NCBI GenBank assembly: GCA_017458085.1
Contig: JAFTGE010000012.1
Span: 176 to 64,175, forward strand
Origin: Oscillospiraceae bacterium
GTDB lineage: Bacteria > Bacillota > Clostridia > Oscillospirales > Oscillospiraceae
Reading direction: 5' to 3'
DNA length: 64,000 nt
Both the position numbers and the translations under genes were made by a program. Below the pieces are notes generated by a model. That model saw only the letters and a list, made by a program, of their open reading frames with translations. It was not told the origin of the DNA and searched no databases. Positions 26,174 to 34,458 of this stretch are shown here, piece after piece. The first letter of the stretch is position 1, and each line of letters starts with the position of its first letter.

Positions 26174-28757
26174 CTTTCAATTTCGTCGTGTGCGCGCCCT
26201 GGTTGCTCTTTTTCAAAACCTCGTCGATCTGCGCCAGCACGCCCTCCACTTCTCCGATAAATTCCTGTGACGAGCACCGCAGCACGCCCGAGCGCAGGGC
26301 CGACAGGCGGATGAGGTTGTCGCTTGTCACCACGCGCACGGCGTAGTTTTTGCCGATCTCGTCGGCCAGCTTCTCGATGTAGGCGTCGCCGGTCTCCCCG
26401 TCCTTGGTAAAGGCCACGCTGATCTTGTGGTACTCGCTCCTGGAGCCGGGGTTACCCGGCGTGCGGAAGCCGTCGAACACCAGCACCAGCCTTTTGCCCG
26501 TGAAGCCCGCGTAGCCCGAGAGCATGTCCATCAGCCGCTCCCGCGCCAGATCCAGCCGCTCGGCGGCGAGGGCTTTCAGCTCCTCCCAGGCAAAGATCAG
26601 ATTGTACCCGTCGACGATCAGGTATTCTTTTTTCGGCGCGGGCAGAGGTCTTTCGACCGCCGCGTTGACCTGCTTGGCGCGGTACTCCGGCCTTTTGATC
26701 GGGCCGAACTCCCGCTCCATGATGGCCTCCAGCTCCCGCTCGTCGATGTCGAGACTGCGCCAGCGTTTGAGCGGTGCGGCCACGGTCTCCGTCCTGGGCT
26801 TGAGGCAGCTTTCCAGGTGCATGTAGTCCTTCACCTGATCCCAGGGGATGTTCACCCCCGCGCCGTGGGCGCAGAAGACCGAGTCGGCGGGATTTTCCTC
26901 ATCCCGCCGGGGATCGTAGCCGATCTGCCGCACCAGCTTCTCCTGCTCGGCCACCGGGCGGTAGCCGCCGGGGGAAAGACTGAGTCTGCCCCGGCCGTGG
27001 GTGTAGGCCAAAAGCTCCTCCATGTATTCGTTCATAGCCGTCACCGGCGCGCCGCCGGTCAGACGCATCAGCTCCCCCGCATCCTCGGGGGAGTCAAAGC
27101 TGCCGTTCATGGCCCGCACGTCGCTGATGGCGCGACCGATCTCCGTGGCCGGCACCTCGATCACAAAGCTGTACCACGGTTCGAGCAGCACGCTTTTGGC
27201 CTGCATCAGGCCCTGCCGCACGGCGCGGTAGGTGGCCTGGCGGAAGTCGCCACCCTCGGTGTGCTTGAGGTGCGCCCGGCCCGCGGCGAGGGTAATGCGC
27301 ATGTCCGTAATGGGCGCGCCCGTGAGAACGCCCCGGTGCCGCTTTTCGGCCAGATGCGTGAGGATCAGGCGCTGCCAGTTGCGGTCCAGGCTGTCCTCGG
27401 GGCAGATGCTGTCAAAGCTCAAACCGCTGCCTGCGGGCAGGGGCTCCATCAGGAGGTGCACCTCGGCGTAATGGCGCAGGGGTTCAAAGTGGCCCACGCC
27501 CTCCACGGTGTCGGCGATGGTCTCGCGGTACATGACGCGCCCGGTATCCAGCGCAACGACGGTATCAAAGCGCTCAAGCACCTGGCGTTTGAAGACGTCG
27601 GCCTGGATCTTGCCCATGAGCTGGACGCTGATTTCTTTTAACTGTCCGTTCCAGACGATGTGCAGCTGGGGGTCCTCCTGATCCAGCTGCATGAGCTTAG
27701 GCAGCAGGGCCATGGGATCGGTGCCCGCTTCGAGCAGCAGCCGGTAGCTCATCACAGGCTCTAAAACCGGCGACTCGGAGTCCGCCGCCGCGCCGAGGCC
27801 CTGACCGGGCCGCGTCTGGCTCAAGCCCAAAGCGGCGCAGACCGCGCCCGCGGGCACCGTCTCCGCCGTTTCAAATTTTGCCCCGGAATAGAGGCGCAGC
27901 TGCGTGACCTTCTCCTCCCGGCTTTCCCCGGTCCCGTCGGCATAGCGCAGCAGCGACCGCACGCGAAGCTCCCCGCCTGTGACTTTGAGCCAGGTCAGGC
28001 GGTTGCCCTGCGCGTCACGGGAAATTTTATAGACTTTGGCGGAAAAGGCTTCCCCATAGTCTCTCCCGCGCGTCAGGCGCTCGAGCGCCCGCAAAAATTC
28101 CTCCACGCCCTCGGTTTTCAGTCCCGAGCCGAAAAAGCAGGGAAACAGCCGCCGTTCAGCAATCAGCGCCGCAAGCGTCTGGTCATCCAGGCCGCCCGTT
28201 TCCAGATAGCGCTCCATGGCCTCCTCGTCACAGAGGGCCGCGGCCTCATGAATCGCCGCCGTGTTCTGGGTAAAGTCCACGCAATCGGCCGAGAGCCGCC
28301 GGTTGAGCTCAGCCATCAGCGCGGCCTTGTCCGCGCCGGGCAGATCCATCTTGGTGACAAACACAAAGGTCGGCACCTTGTTGTGCTCCAAAAGCCGCCA
28401 CAGGGTCTCCGTGTGCGCCTGCACGCCGTCTGTGCCGCTGATGACCAGCACCGCGTAGTCGAGCACCTGCAAGGTGCGCTCGGCCTCAGCGGAAAAATCC
28501 ACATGCCCCGGCGTATCCAGCAGGGTCACCGTCGTCTCGCCCAGGCTCATTCTGGCCTGCTTGGCAAAGATGGTGATGCCCCGCTCCCGCTCCAGACTGT
28601 GGTGATCCAGGAAGCTGTCCCGGTGGTCGACCCGGCCCAGCTTTTTCAGTTTTCCCGACAGGTACAGCATCGCCTCGCACAGCGTCGTCTTGCCGGCGTC
28701 CACATGGGCGAGGATGCCCAGTACCCGTTGATTACTCTGACTGTTCATGGTCAGCAT
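26160..28757 (-). CDS. translational GTPase (TetM/TetO/EF-G-like) fused to a C-terminal YacP/Rae1-type NYN ribonuclease domain
   Basis: Single ORF. G1 AHVDAGKTT, G2 RGITI, G3 DTPGH, G4 TKMD; domains II-V in TetM-like order. The last ~155 aa (26163-26627) carry LIVDGYNLIFAW, LVLVFDG, FTKDGETGDAYIEKLA and VVTSDN, matching B. subtilis YacP. Start uncertain (ATG 28757 or 28748, TTG 28790; no SD). Confidence 0.85.
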   Translation of the reverse strand: MLTMNSQSNQRVLGILAHVDAGKTTLCEAMLYLSGKLKKLGRVDHRDSFLDHHSLERERGITIFAKQARMSLGETTVTLLDTPGHVDFSAEAERTLQVLDYAVLVISGTDGVQAHTETLWRLLEHNKVPTFVFVTKMDLPGADKAALMAELNRRLSADCVDFTQNTAAIHEAAALCDEEAMERYLETGGLDDQTLAALIAERRLFPCFFGSGLKTEGVEEFLRALERLTRGRDYGEAFSAKVYKISRDAQGNRLTWLKVTGGELRVRSLLRYADGTGESREEKVTQLRLYSGAKFETAETVPAGAVCAALGLSQTRPGQGLGAAADSESPVLEPVMSYRLLLEAGTDPMALLPKLMQLDQEDPQLHIVWNGQLKEISVQLMGKIQADVFKRQVLERFDTVVALDTGRVMYRETIADTVEGVGHFEPLRHYAEVHLLMEPLPAGSGLSFDSICPEDSLDRNWQRLILTHLAEKRHRGVLTGAPITDMRITLAAGRAHLKHTEGGDFRQATYRAVRQGLMQAKSVLLEPWYSFVIEVPATEIGRAISDVRAMNGSFDSPEDAGELMRLTGGAPVTAMNEYMEELLAYTHGRGRLSLSPGGYRPVAEQEKLVRQIGYDPRRDEENPADSVFCAHGAGVNIPWDQVKDYMHLESCLKPRTETVAAPLKRWRSLDIDERELEAIMEREFGPIKRPEYRAKQVNAAVERPLPAPKKEYLIVDGYNLIFAWEELKALAAERLDLARERLMDMLSGYAGFTGKRLVLVFDGFRTPGNPGSRSEYHKISVAFTKDGETGDAYIEKLADEIGKNYAVRVVTSDNLIRLSALRSGVLRCSSQEFIGEVEGVLAQIDEVLKKSNQGAHTTKLKDGKQ

Positions 28758-28889
28758 TTTAGCAGGAACCGCTGCAAGAATCAATGCCAAATACGGAGGA
28801 TAATTCCTGAGCTGGTTGCAAATAATTCAATATTATGTAACCCTTCGGGCAAATGCTGAAAATTTTCCTATGTTTTTTGAAACTTTGAC

Positions 28890-28918
28890 TGTTCATTCTG
28901 TAAAACTCATGTTATAAT
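28890..28918 (+). promoter_or_regulatory. putative extended -10 promoter of two-component operon 2
   Basis: TGtTATAAT (28910-28918) with weak -35 TGTTCA (28890-28895) at 17-nt spacing. Confidence 0.4.
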
Positions 28919-28983
28919 TAAGTGATAAATTGCAACCACCATTGACTGTTTCCATCTTACCGATAAAAAAGGGGTCACGCTTC

Positions 28984-29673
28984 ATGAAGAAAATACTTGT
29001 CTTGGAGGACGAATCCAATATCCGCAGCTTTGTGGTCATCAACCTGCGGCGCAGCGGCTTTGAGCCGATCGAGGCCGCCAGCGGGGAGGAAGCCCTCGAA
29101 AAGCTGAAGGTCAACCCGGACATCTGTCTGGCACTGCTGGACGTGATGCTGCCGGATATCGACGGCTTTGAGGTCTGCCGCCGTATTCGGGCCTCCGGCT
29201 CGAAGATGGGCATTATCATGCTCACCGCCAAGAATCAGGAAATCGACAAGGTCACGGGCCTGATGACCGGGGCCGACGACTATGTCACCAAGCCCTTCTC
29301 CCCGGCGGAGCTGACCGCCCGTGTGGACGCGCTGATCCGCCGCCTCGGTGTCGACGAGGATGAGAAGAACGCCTCGGAGCTTGTCAGCGGGCCCTTCCTG
29401 CTCAACACCCGCAACCGCACCCTGGAAAAGGACGGCCAGCGGCTCAAGCTGACGCAGATCGAATACCTGCTCATCAAGCTCTTTATGGAGAATCCCGGCA
29501 AGGCCATGAGCCGCGAGGATATCCTCTCCGCCGTCTGGGGCAGCGACTTTACCGGCGAGCTCAAGACCGTGGACGTCAACATCCGGCGCCTGCGCATCAA
29601 GATCGAGGACGACCCGACCGAGCCCGAGTACCTGACCACTGTCTGGGGCTACGGGTATAAGTGGGGATACTGA
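28984..29673 (+). CDS. OmpR-family response regulator
   Basis: Track ORF 28930-29673; ATG 28984 gives MKKILVLEDESNIR...; ...LTTVWGYGYKW winged helix. Confidence 0.9.
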   Translation: MKKILVLEDESNIRSFVVINLRRSGFEPIEAASGEEALEKLKVNPDICLALLDVMLPDIDGFEVCRRIRASGSKMGIIMLTAKNQEIDKVTGLMTGADDYVTKPFSPAELTARVDALIRRLGVDEDEKNASELVSGPFLLNTRNRTLEKDGQRLKLTQIEYLLIKLFMENPGKAMSREDILSAVWGSDFTGELKTVDVNIRRLRIKIEDDPTEPEYLTTVWGYGYKWGY

Positions 29674-29683
29674 CTTGCGTTTT

Positions 29684-29799
29684 GTTTCAATGGCACAGCC
29701 ATTGAAACGAGGCTTTACAGCCCTCTGCGCGCACTCGCTTTGCTCGCACACTGGAGGGCTGAGAAATGTTTTTTCCGAGGCGCATGTCCTCGGAAAAAA
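29684..29799. other. three consecutive stem-loops filling the RR-HK spacer
   Basis: H1 GTTTCAATGGC-aca-GCCATTGAAAC (29684-29708); H2 CAGCCCTC...GAGGGCTG (29718-29761); H3 TTTTTTCCGAGG-cgcatgt-CCTCGGAAAAAA (29769-29799). Confidence 0.8.
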
Positions 29800-29826
29800 C
29801 GGATTTAAATCAGGAAGTACATTTAT

Positions 29827-30822
29827 ATGTTTGGCAATTTGAAAACGCAACTGCTGCTGTCGAGCATTGCGGCGCTGGCGCTGCTGCTGATGGGCATCTG
29901 GGCGTCCAGCCACGGGCTGGCCGGCTGGGCCACGGCGATCTTCATCGTGGTCTGCGCCTATGTTATCGCGCTCAACGTCTGGTTCTGGCGCTTTGTCTGC
30001 GCGCCGCTGAGCCGTCTGACCGCCCACGCCCACCGCATTTCCGAGGGCAGCTACGGCGTCAAGACCGAGGACTTTGACGACGACGAGATCGGGGAGCTGG
30101 CCGAGGAGATCAACAACATGTCCGAAAAGGCCGGCATCGCCGAGAAGGCCCGCACGGAGTTTATCTCCCAGGTCTCCCACGAGCTGAGAACTCCCCTGAC
30201 CGCCATCACCGGCTGGGCCGAAACCATTGCCTTTGACCCCGACGTCAAGGGCGATTCGCTCAAGGGTGTGAATATCATCTCCAAGGAGGCCGAGCGCCTG
30301 ACCAACATGGTGACGGAGCTTTTGGAGTTTACCCGCATTCAGGACGGGCGCTTCAATCTGCGCGTCGAGCTGATCGATATTGCCGCCGAACTGGAGGATG
30401 CCCTGTTTACATACGGGGAGCTGATGAAGCAGGCCGGCATGACCGTCAGGTATGTCGCGCCGCCGACCGAGATCCCCCTGATCCCCGCCGATCCCGAGCG
30501 GCTCAAGCAGGTGTTCTTGAACCTGCTGGACAATGCCATGAAGCACGGCGGCGACGGCGGGCGGATCGACGTGTCCCTGCGCGCGGAGAATGGACGCGTG
30601 CGCGTCAACGTGCGCGACTACGGCCACGGCATCCCGGAGGCGGAGCTGCCCCACGTCAAGGAGAAGTTTTACAAGGGCAGCTCGAAAAACCGCGGCACGG
30701 GCATCGGCCTTGCCGTCTGTGACGAGATCGTCACCCGCCACGGCGGAAGGCTCGACATCTCCAACGCGCCCGGGACCGAGGGCGGCTGCCTTGTCTCGGT
30801 CACCTTACCCATGGCAAAATAA
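29827..30822 (+). CDS. sensor histidine kinase (2 TM without a sizeable external loop, HAMP, HisKA, HATPase_c)
   Basis: 331 aa; H-box SHELRTPLTAITGW; N/G boxes LLDNAMKHG, GTGIGLAV. Confidence 0.85.
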   Translation: MFGNLKTQLLLSSIAALALLLMGIWASSHGLAGWATAIFIVVCAYVIALNVWFWRFVCAPLSRLTAHAHRISEGSYGVKTEDFDDDEIGELAEEINNMSEKAGIAEKARTEFISQVSHELRTPLTAITGWAETIAFDPDVKGDSLKGVNIISKEAERLTNMVTELLEFTRIQDGRFNLRVELIDIAAELEDALFTYGELMKQAGMTVRYVAPPTEIPLIPADPERLKQVFLNLLDNAMKHGGDGGRIDVSLRAENGRVRVNVRDYGHGIPEAELPHVKEKFYKGSSKNRGTGIGLAVCDEIVTRHGGRLDISNAPGTEGGCLVSVTLPMAK

Positions 30823-30836
30823 AGGAGTAACTCGCT

Positions 30837-31790
30837 TTGAGCAACAAGAACGATTCCTGTGCATTTAAAACATCCATCGGCGGGCAGGCCCTGATCGAGG
30901 GCATCCTCATGCGCGGGCCGAAAAAGCAGGCCATTGTCTGCCGCACGGCCGACGGCCTCGTGGAGACCACCGAGGAGCTCAGACTCATCAAGGACCGCTA
31001 TCCCATTCTGGGCTGGCCGCTGATCCGAGGCTGCGCCACCTTCCTTGACTCCATGGTCAAGGGCATGAAGGCCCTGACCTATTCGGCCAGCCTTGTGCCG
31101 CTGGAGGAGCAGGGGGAGCCGGACAAGCTCGATCAATGGATCGAGAACCACTTTCCCGAGGATAAGGCCCAGAAGCTCATCATCGGCGTGGCCGTCGTGA
31201 TGGGCATTGCGTTGAGCCTGTTTCTGTTCATCTTCCTGCCGGCCTTCCTTGTCGGCCTTATCCGTCCGCTGACGAAGAGTCTCTTTGTCCGCAACATCTC
31301 CGAGGGCCTGGTGCGCGTGGCGATCCTGCTCGGCTACATGAAGGCGGTCACCTATGTCAGCGATGTCAAGCGCCTGTTTTCCTACCACGGGGCTGAGCAC
31401 AAGACCATCTTCTGCTACGAGCACGGCAAAGAGCTGACGGTGGAAAACGTGCGGGGCGAGTCACGCTTCCATCCCCGCTGCGGCACGAGCTTTCTGCTGG
31501 TGGTCGTGGTGGTGAGTATTCTGGTCAATTCCGTGGTGCGTCTGACGGGCACCTTCGCCCGCATGGGCGCGCACCTGCTGCTGCTGCCGGTCGTGGTCGG
31601 CATCAGCTATGAGATCAACCGCTGGTGCGGCAAGCATGACAACTGGCTGTCTGCGGCGCTGTCGGCGCCCGGCAAGTGGCTGCAGCGCATCACCACCAAC
31701 GAGCCGGACGACAGCATGATCGAGTGCGCCATCCGCGCCTTGCAGCTGGTCATTCCGGAAGAAAAGGGCAGCGACGCCTGGGGGAGTTGA
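30837..31790 (+). CDS. DUF1385 domain-containing membrane protein
   Basis: 317 aa; ...IGGQALIEGILMRGP... and ...YHGAEHKTI..., ...HPRCGTSFL... motifs as I recall for DUF1385; TTG start 9 nt after AAAGGAG; usual partner of prmC. Confidence 0.8.
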   Translation: MSNKNDSCAFKTSIGGQALIEGILMRGPKKQAIVCRTADGLVETTEELRLIKDRYPILGWPLIRGCATFLDSMVKGMKALTYSASLVPLEEQGEPDKLDQWIENHFPEDKAQKLIIGVAVVMGIALSLFLFIFLPAFLVGLIRPLTKSLFVRNISEGLVRVAILLGYMKAVTYVSDVKRLFSYHGAEHKTIFCYEHGKELTVENVRGESRFHPRCGTSFLLVVVVVSILVNSVVRLTGTFARMGAHLLLLPVVVGISYEINRWCGKHDNWLSAALSAPGKWLQRITTNEPDDSMIECAIRALQLVIPEEKGSDAWGS

Positions 31791-31796
31791 ACACAA

Positions 31797-32651
31797 GTGA
31801 AGACTTATAACGATTTATATATGACCACCCGCTCGACGCTCAAGCGCCAGGGCGTGGAGGCTTACGCGCAGGAGGCGCGGATCCTCGTCTCCGCCGCCGC
31901 GGGCAAGACCGTGACGGAGCTGCTGCGCGACCTGAATCTCTACACCACGCCGCAGGTGGAAAACGCCGTCACGGACTACACCGCCCGCCGTCTGCGGGGG
32001 GAGCCGGTGGCCTACATTACCGGCGCGTGGGAGTTTTACGGGCTGCCGATGAAGGTGACCTCCGACGTGCTGATCCCGCGGCCCGACACCGAGGTGCTGG
32101 TCGATGCGGTCAAGGACGTGCTGATCGGCTACAAGATGGACGCGCGTGTGCTGGATCTGTGCTGCGGCAGCGGGTGCATCACCTGTGCGGTGGGCCACGA
32201 GCTCCCGGCGACAAAGCTGGTGGCCGTGGACTTGAGCGCAAGCGCGCTGGAGGTCTGTCGCGCAAACATCAATCTCAACCGCCTGACGACACGCGTCATC
32301 TGCATGCAGGCCGACGCCACCGCCGCGCCGCCGCTGGGTATCGGCAGCTTTGACGTGATCGTCTCCAATCCCCCCTACATAAAGAGCGCGGAGATCGAAA
32401 CGCTCGACCGCTCGGTCAAGGACTATGAACCGATCTGGGCGCTGGATGGCGGTGCGGACGGGCTGCGCTTTTACAAGAGCATCATCAAATATTGGAAGTC
32501 CCTGCTGCGTCCGGACGGCGTGCTCATCTTTGAGGTGGGCGAGGGGCAGGCTGACGACGTGGCCGACATGCTGCTGGCCGCAGGCTTTGATTCCTGCTCC
32601 GTGCGGCGCGACACCCGGGGAACCGAGCGCTGCGTCATCGGCAGAATGTAA
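31797..32651 (+). CDS. prmC: peptide chain release factor N5-glutamine methyltransferase
   Basis: 284 aa; SAM motif [10 protein letters not shown] and catalytic NPPY (VSNPPYI). Confidence 0.9.
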   Translation: MKTYNDLYMTTRSTLKRQGVEAYAQEARILVSAAAGKTVTELLRDLNLYTTPQVENAVTDYTARRLRGEPVAYITGAWEFYGLPMKVTSDVLIPRPDTEVLVDAVKDVLIGYKMDARVLDLCCGSGCITCAVGHELPATKLVAVDLSASALEVCRANINLNRLTTRVICMQADATAAPPLGIGSFDVIVSNPPYIKSAEIETLDRSVKDYEPIWALDGGADGLRFYKSIIKYWKSLLRPDGVLIFEVGEGQADDVADMLLAAGFDSCSVRRDTRGTERCVIGRM

Positions 32652-32703
32652 TCGATTCACTCACATAGATCATGGCCGCCTGGCGGCAGAATGGAGAAAA
32701 CAA

Positions 32704-33825
32704 ATGGCAGATAAGAAGAAAATTCCCGCGGTCGTTATGCGCGACAAGAGCGATAAGAAAAAGGCGCTGGAAACGGCCATCGCCAAGATTGAGAAGGACT
32801 ACGGCAAGGGCACCATCATGCGCCTGGGCGACGATCTGTCCGTGAATGTGGAGGCGCTGTCCACCGGCTCGCTGTCGCTGGACCTGGCCCTCGGCATCGG
32901 CGGCGTTCCCCGCGGCCGCATTGTGGAGATCTACGGCCCCGAGGCCTCCGGTAAAACCACCCTGGCCCTGCACGTGGTGGCCTCCGCGCAGAAAAATGGC
33001 GGCGACGCGGCCTACATCGACGTCGAGCACGCCCTGGAGCCTGCTTACGCCCGCGCCCTCGGCGTGGACATCGACAGTCTGCTGATCTCCCAGCCGGACA
33101 CCGGCGAGCAGGCCCTGGACATTGCCGAATCCCTGGTGCGCTCCGGCGCGGTGGACGTGGTTGTGGTCGACTCTGTGGCCGCGCTGATCCCCCGTGTTGA
33201 GCTGGAGGGCGAGGTCGGCGACACCGTGGTCGGCGCCCTGGCCCGCCTGATGAGCCAGGCCATGCGCCGTCTGGCCGGCGCCATCGCCAAGAATAACTGC
33301 ACCGTCATCTTCATCAACCAGCTGCGCCAGAAGATCGGCGTCATGTACGGCAACCCTGAAACCACACCCGGCGGTCTGGCCCTCAAGTACTATTCCTCCG
33401 TGCGCATTGACGTACGGCGTATCGAAACCCTCAAGGTCAACGGCGAGATGGTCGGCAACCGCACCCGCGCCAAGGTGGTCAAGAACAAGGTTGCGCCTCC
33501 CTTCCGTGAGGCGGAGTTTGACATCATGTACGGCGAGGGCATCTCCAAGATCGGTGAGATCGTCGATCTCGCCGTCAAGCTTGAGATCATTGACAAGGCC
33601 GGCGCCTGGTTCACCGTGGCCGGGCAGCGCATTCAGGGCCGCGACGGTGTGAAGGCCTACCTGTCTGAAAATCCCGATGTCTGCGACCAGATCGAGCAGG
33701 AGATCCGCGACAACGCGCACAAGCTCATGGCGCCCCAGGCCATGCGTGCTGCCCAGGCCGCAGGCCGCGCCAACGCTCCGGCCCCGGCTGTGGACGTCAG
33801 CGCCGCGGACTTTGACCAGGACTGA
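32704..33825 (+). CDS. recA: recombinase RecA
   Basis: Track ORF 32425-33825; ATG 32704; Walker [10 protein letters not shown], ...[23 protein letters not shown]... Confidence 0.97.
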   Translation: MADKKKIPAVVMRDKSDKKKALETAIAKIEKDYGKGTIMRLGDDLSVNVEALSTGSLSLDLALGIGGVPRGRIVEIYGPEASGKTTLALHVVASAQKNGGDAAYIDVEHALEPAYARALGVDIDSLLISQPDTGEQALDIAESLVRSGAVDVVVVDSVAALIPRVELEGEVGDTVVGALARLMSQAMRRLAGAIAKNNCTVIFINQLRQKIGVMYGNPETTPGGLALKYYSSVRIDVRRIETLKVNGEMVGNRTRAKVVKNKVAPPFREAEFDIMYGEGISKIGEIVDLAVKLEIIDKAGAWFTVAGQRIQGRDGVKAYLSENPDVCDQIEQEIRDNAHKLMAPQAMRAAQAAGRANAPAPAVDVSAADFDQD

Positions 33826-33843
33826 TTTTCACCCGGCTGAAGG

Positions 33844-34455
33844 ATGATTGTTTCAGCAATCAAACAGACCTCCCCCGGCAGGCTCACCGTCTGTTTTGAC
33901 GAGGGGGAGGATGTTCCCAGCACCCTCGGCGTTGTGACCGACTGGCGGCTCTTCGCCGGCCGCGAACTGGACGGGAAAGAAGTTGAGCGGCTGCGCCTTG
34001 ACTCTCACCGGGCGCTCTGCCGTGAGCGGGCGCTGACGCTGCTTGGCCAGCGGCCTATGTCCCGCAGGGAGCTGGAGACCAAGCTCCGGCAGAAGGGCGT
34101 GGACGACGAGACTGCCGCCTGGTGCGTTACCTGGCTGCAGGACAACCGCCTCATCGATGAGGAGAGCTACGCCGCCGCCATCGTGCGCCACTACGGTGCC
34201 AAGGGCTACGGCGAAGGCCGCGCCCGCCAGGAGCTTCAGCGCCGCGGCATCCCCCGTGAGCTGTGGGAGGATGCCCTGGCCGCCCGTCCCGAGGATACCA
34301 CGAAGCTCGACCGATTCATTTCCCAGCGCCTGCGCGACCCCGACGATCGGGACGAAGTGCGCAGGGTCACCGCCGCGCTCTACCGCCGCGGCTTTTCCCG
34401 CGAGGAGATCCGCGATGCGCTCGAGCGCTTTCACGCGGAATATATTGAGGAATAA
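33844..34455 (+). CDS. recX: recombination regulator RecX
   Basis: 203 aa directly after recA; three-helix-repeat pattern with the typical ...ALTLLGQRPMSRRELETKLRQKG... segment. Confidence 0.8.
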   Translation: MIVSAIKQTSPGRLTVCFDEGEDVPSTLGVVTDWRLFAGRELDGKEVERLRLDSHRALCRERALTLLGQRPMSRRELETKLRQKGVDDETAAWCVTWLQDNRLIDEESYAAAIVRHYGAKGYGEGRARQELQRRGIPRELWEDALAARPEDTTKLDRFISQRLRDPDDRDEVRRVTAALYRRGFSREEIRDALERFHAEYIEE

Positions 34456-34458
34456 CCC

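Noticed and set aside
26160-28757. Labelling the GTPase as a tetracycline-resistance ribosomal protection protein (TetM/TetO/TetW)
   Set aside because: Similarity is at family and architecture level only. The C-terminal NYN fusion, the TKMD G4 box and the chromosomal context with a ylmH-like gene argue against a classical mobile tet determinant. No resistance claim can be made from sequence alone.
29769-29799. Hairpin H3 in the RR-HK spacer as an intrinsic terminator
   Set aside because: The U-run is 5' and the A-run 3' of the stem on both strands, the opposite of what a terminator needs.
32652-32703. Expected LexA (Cheo box, GAAC-N4-GTTC) operator upstream of recA
   Set aside because: No such motif is present in the 52-bp gap after prmC. 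recA may be co-transcribed or controlled from within prmC, so nothing is annotated.
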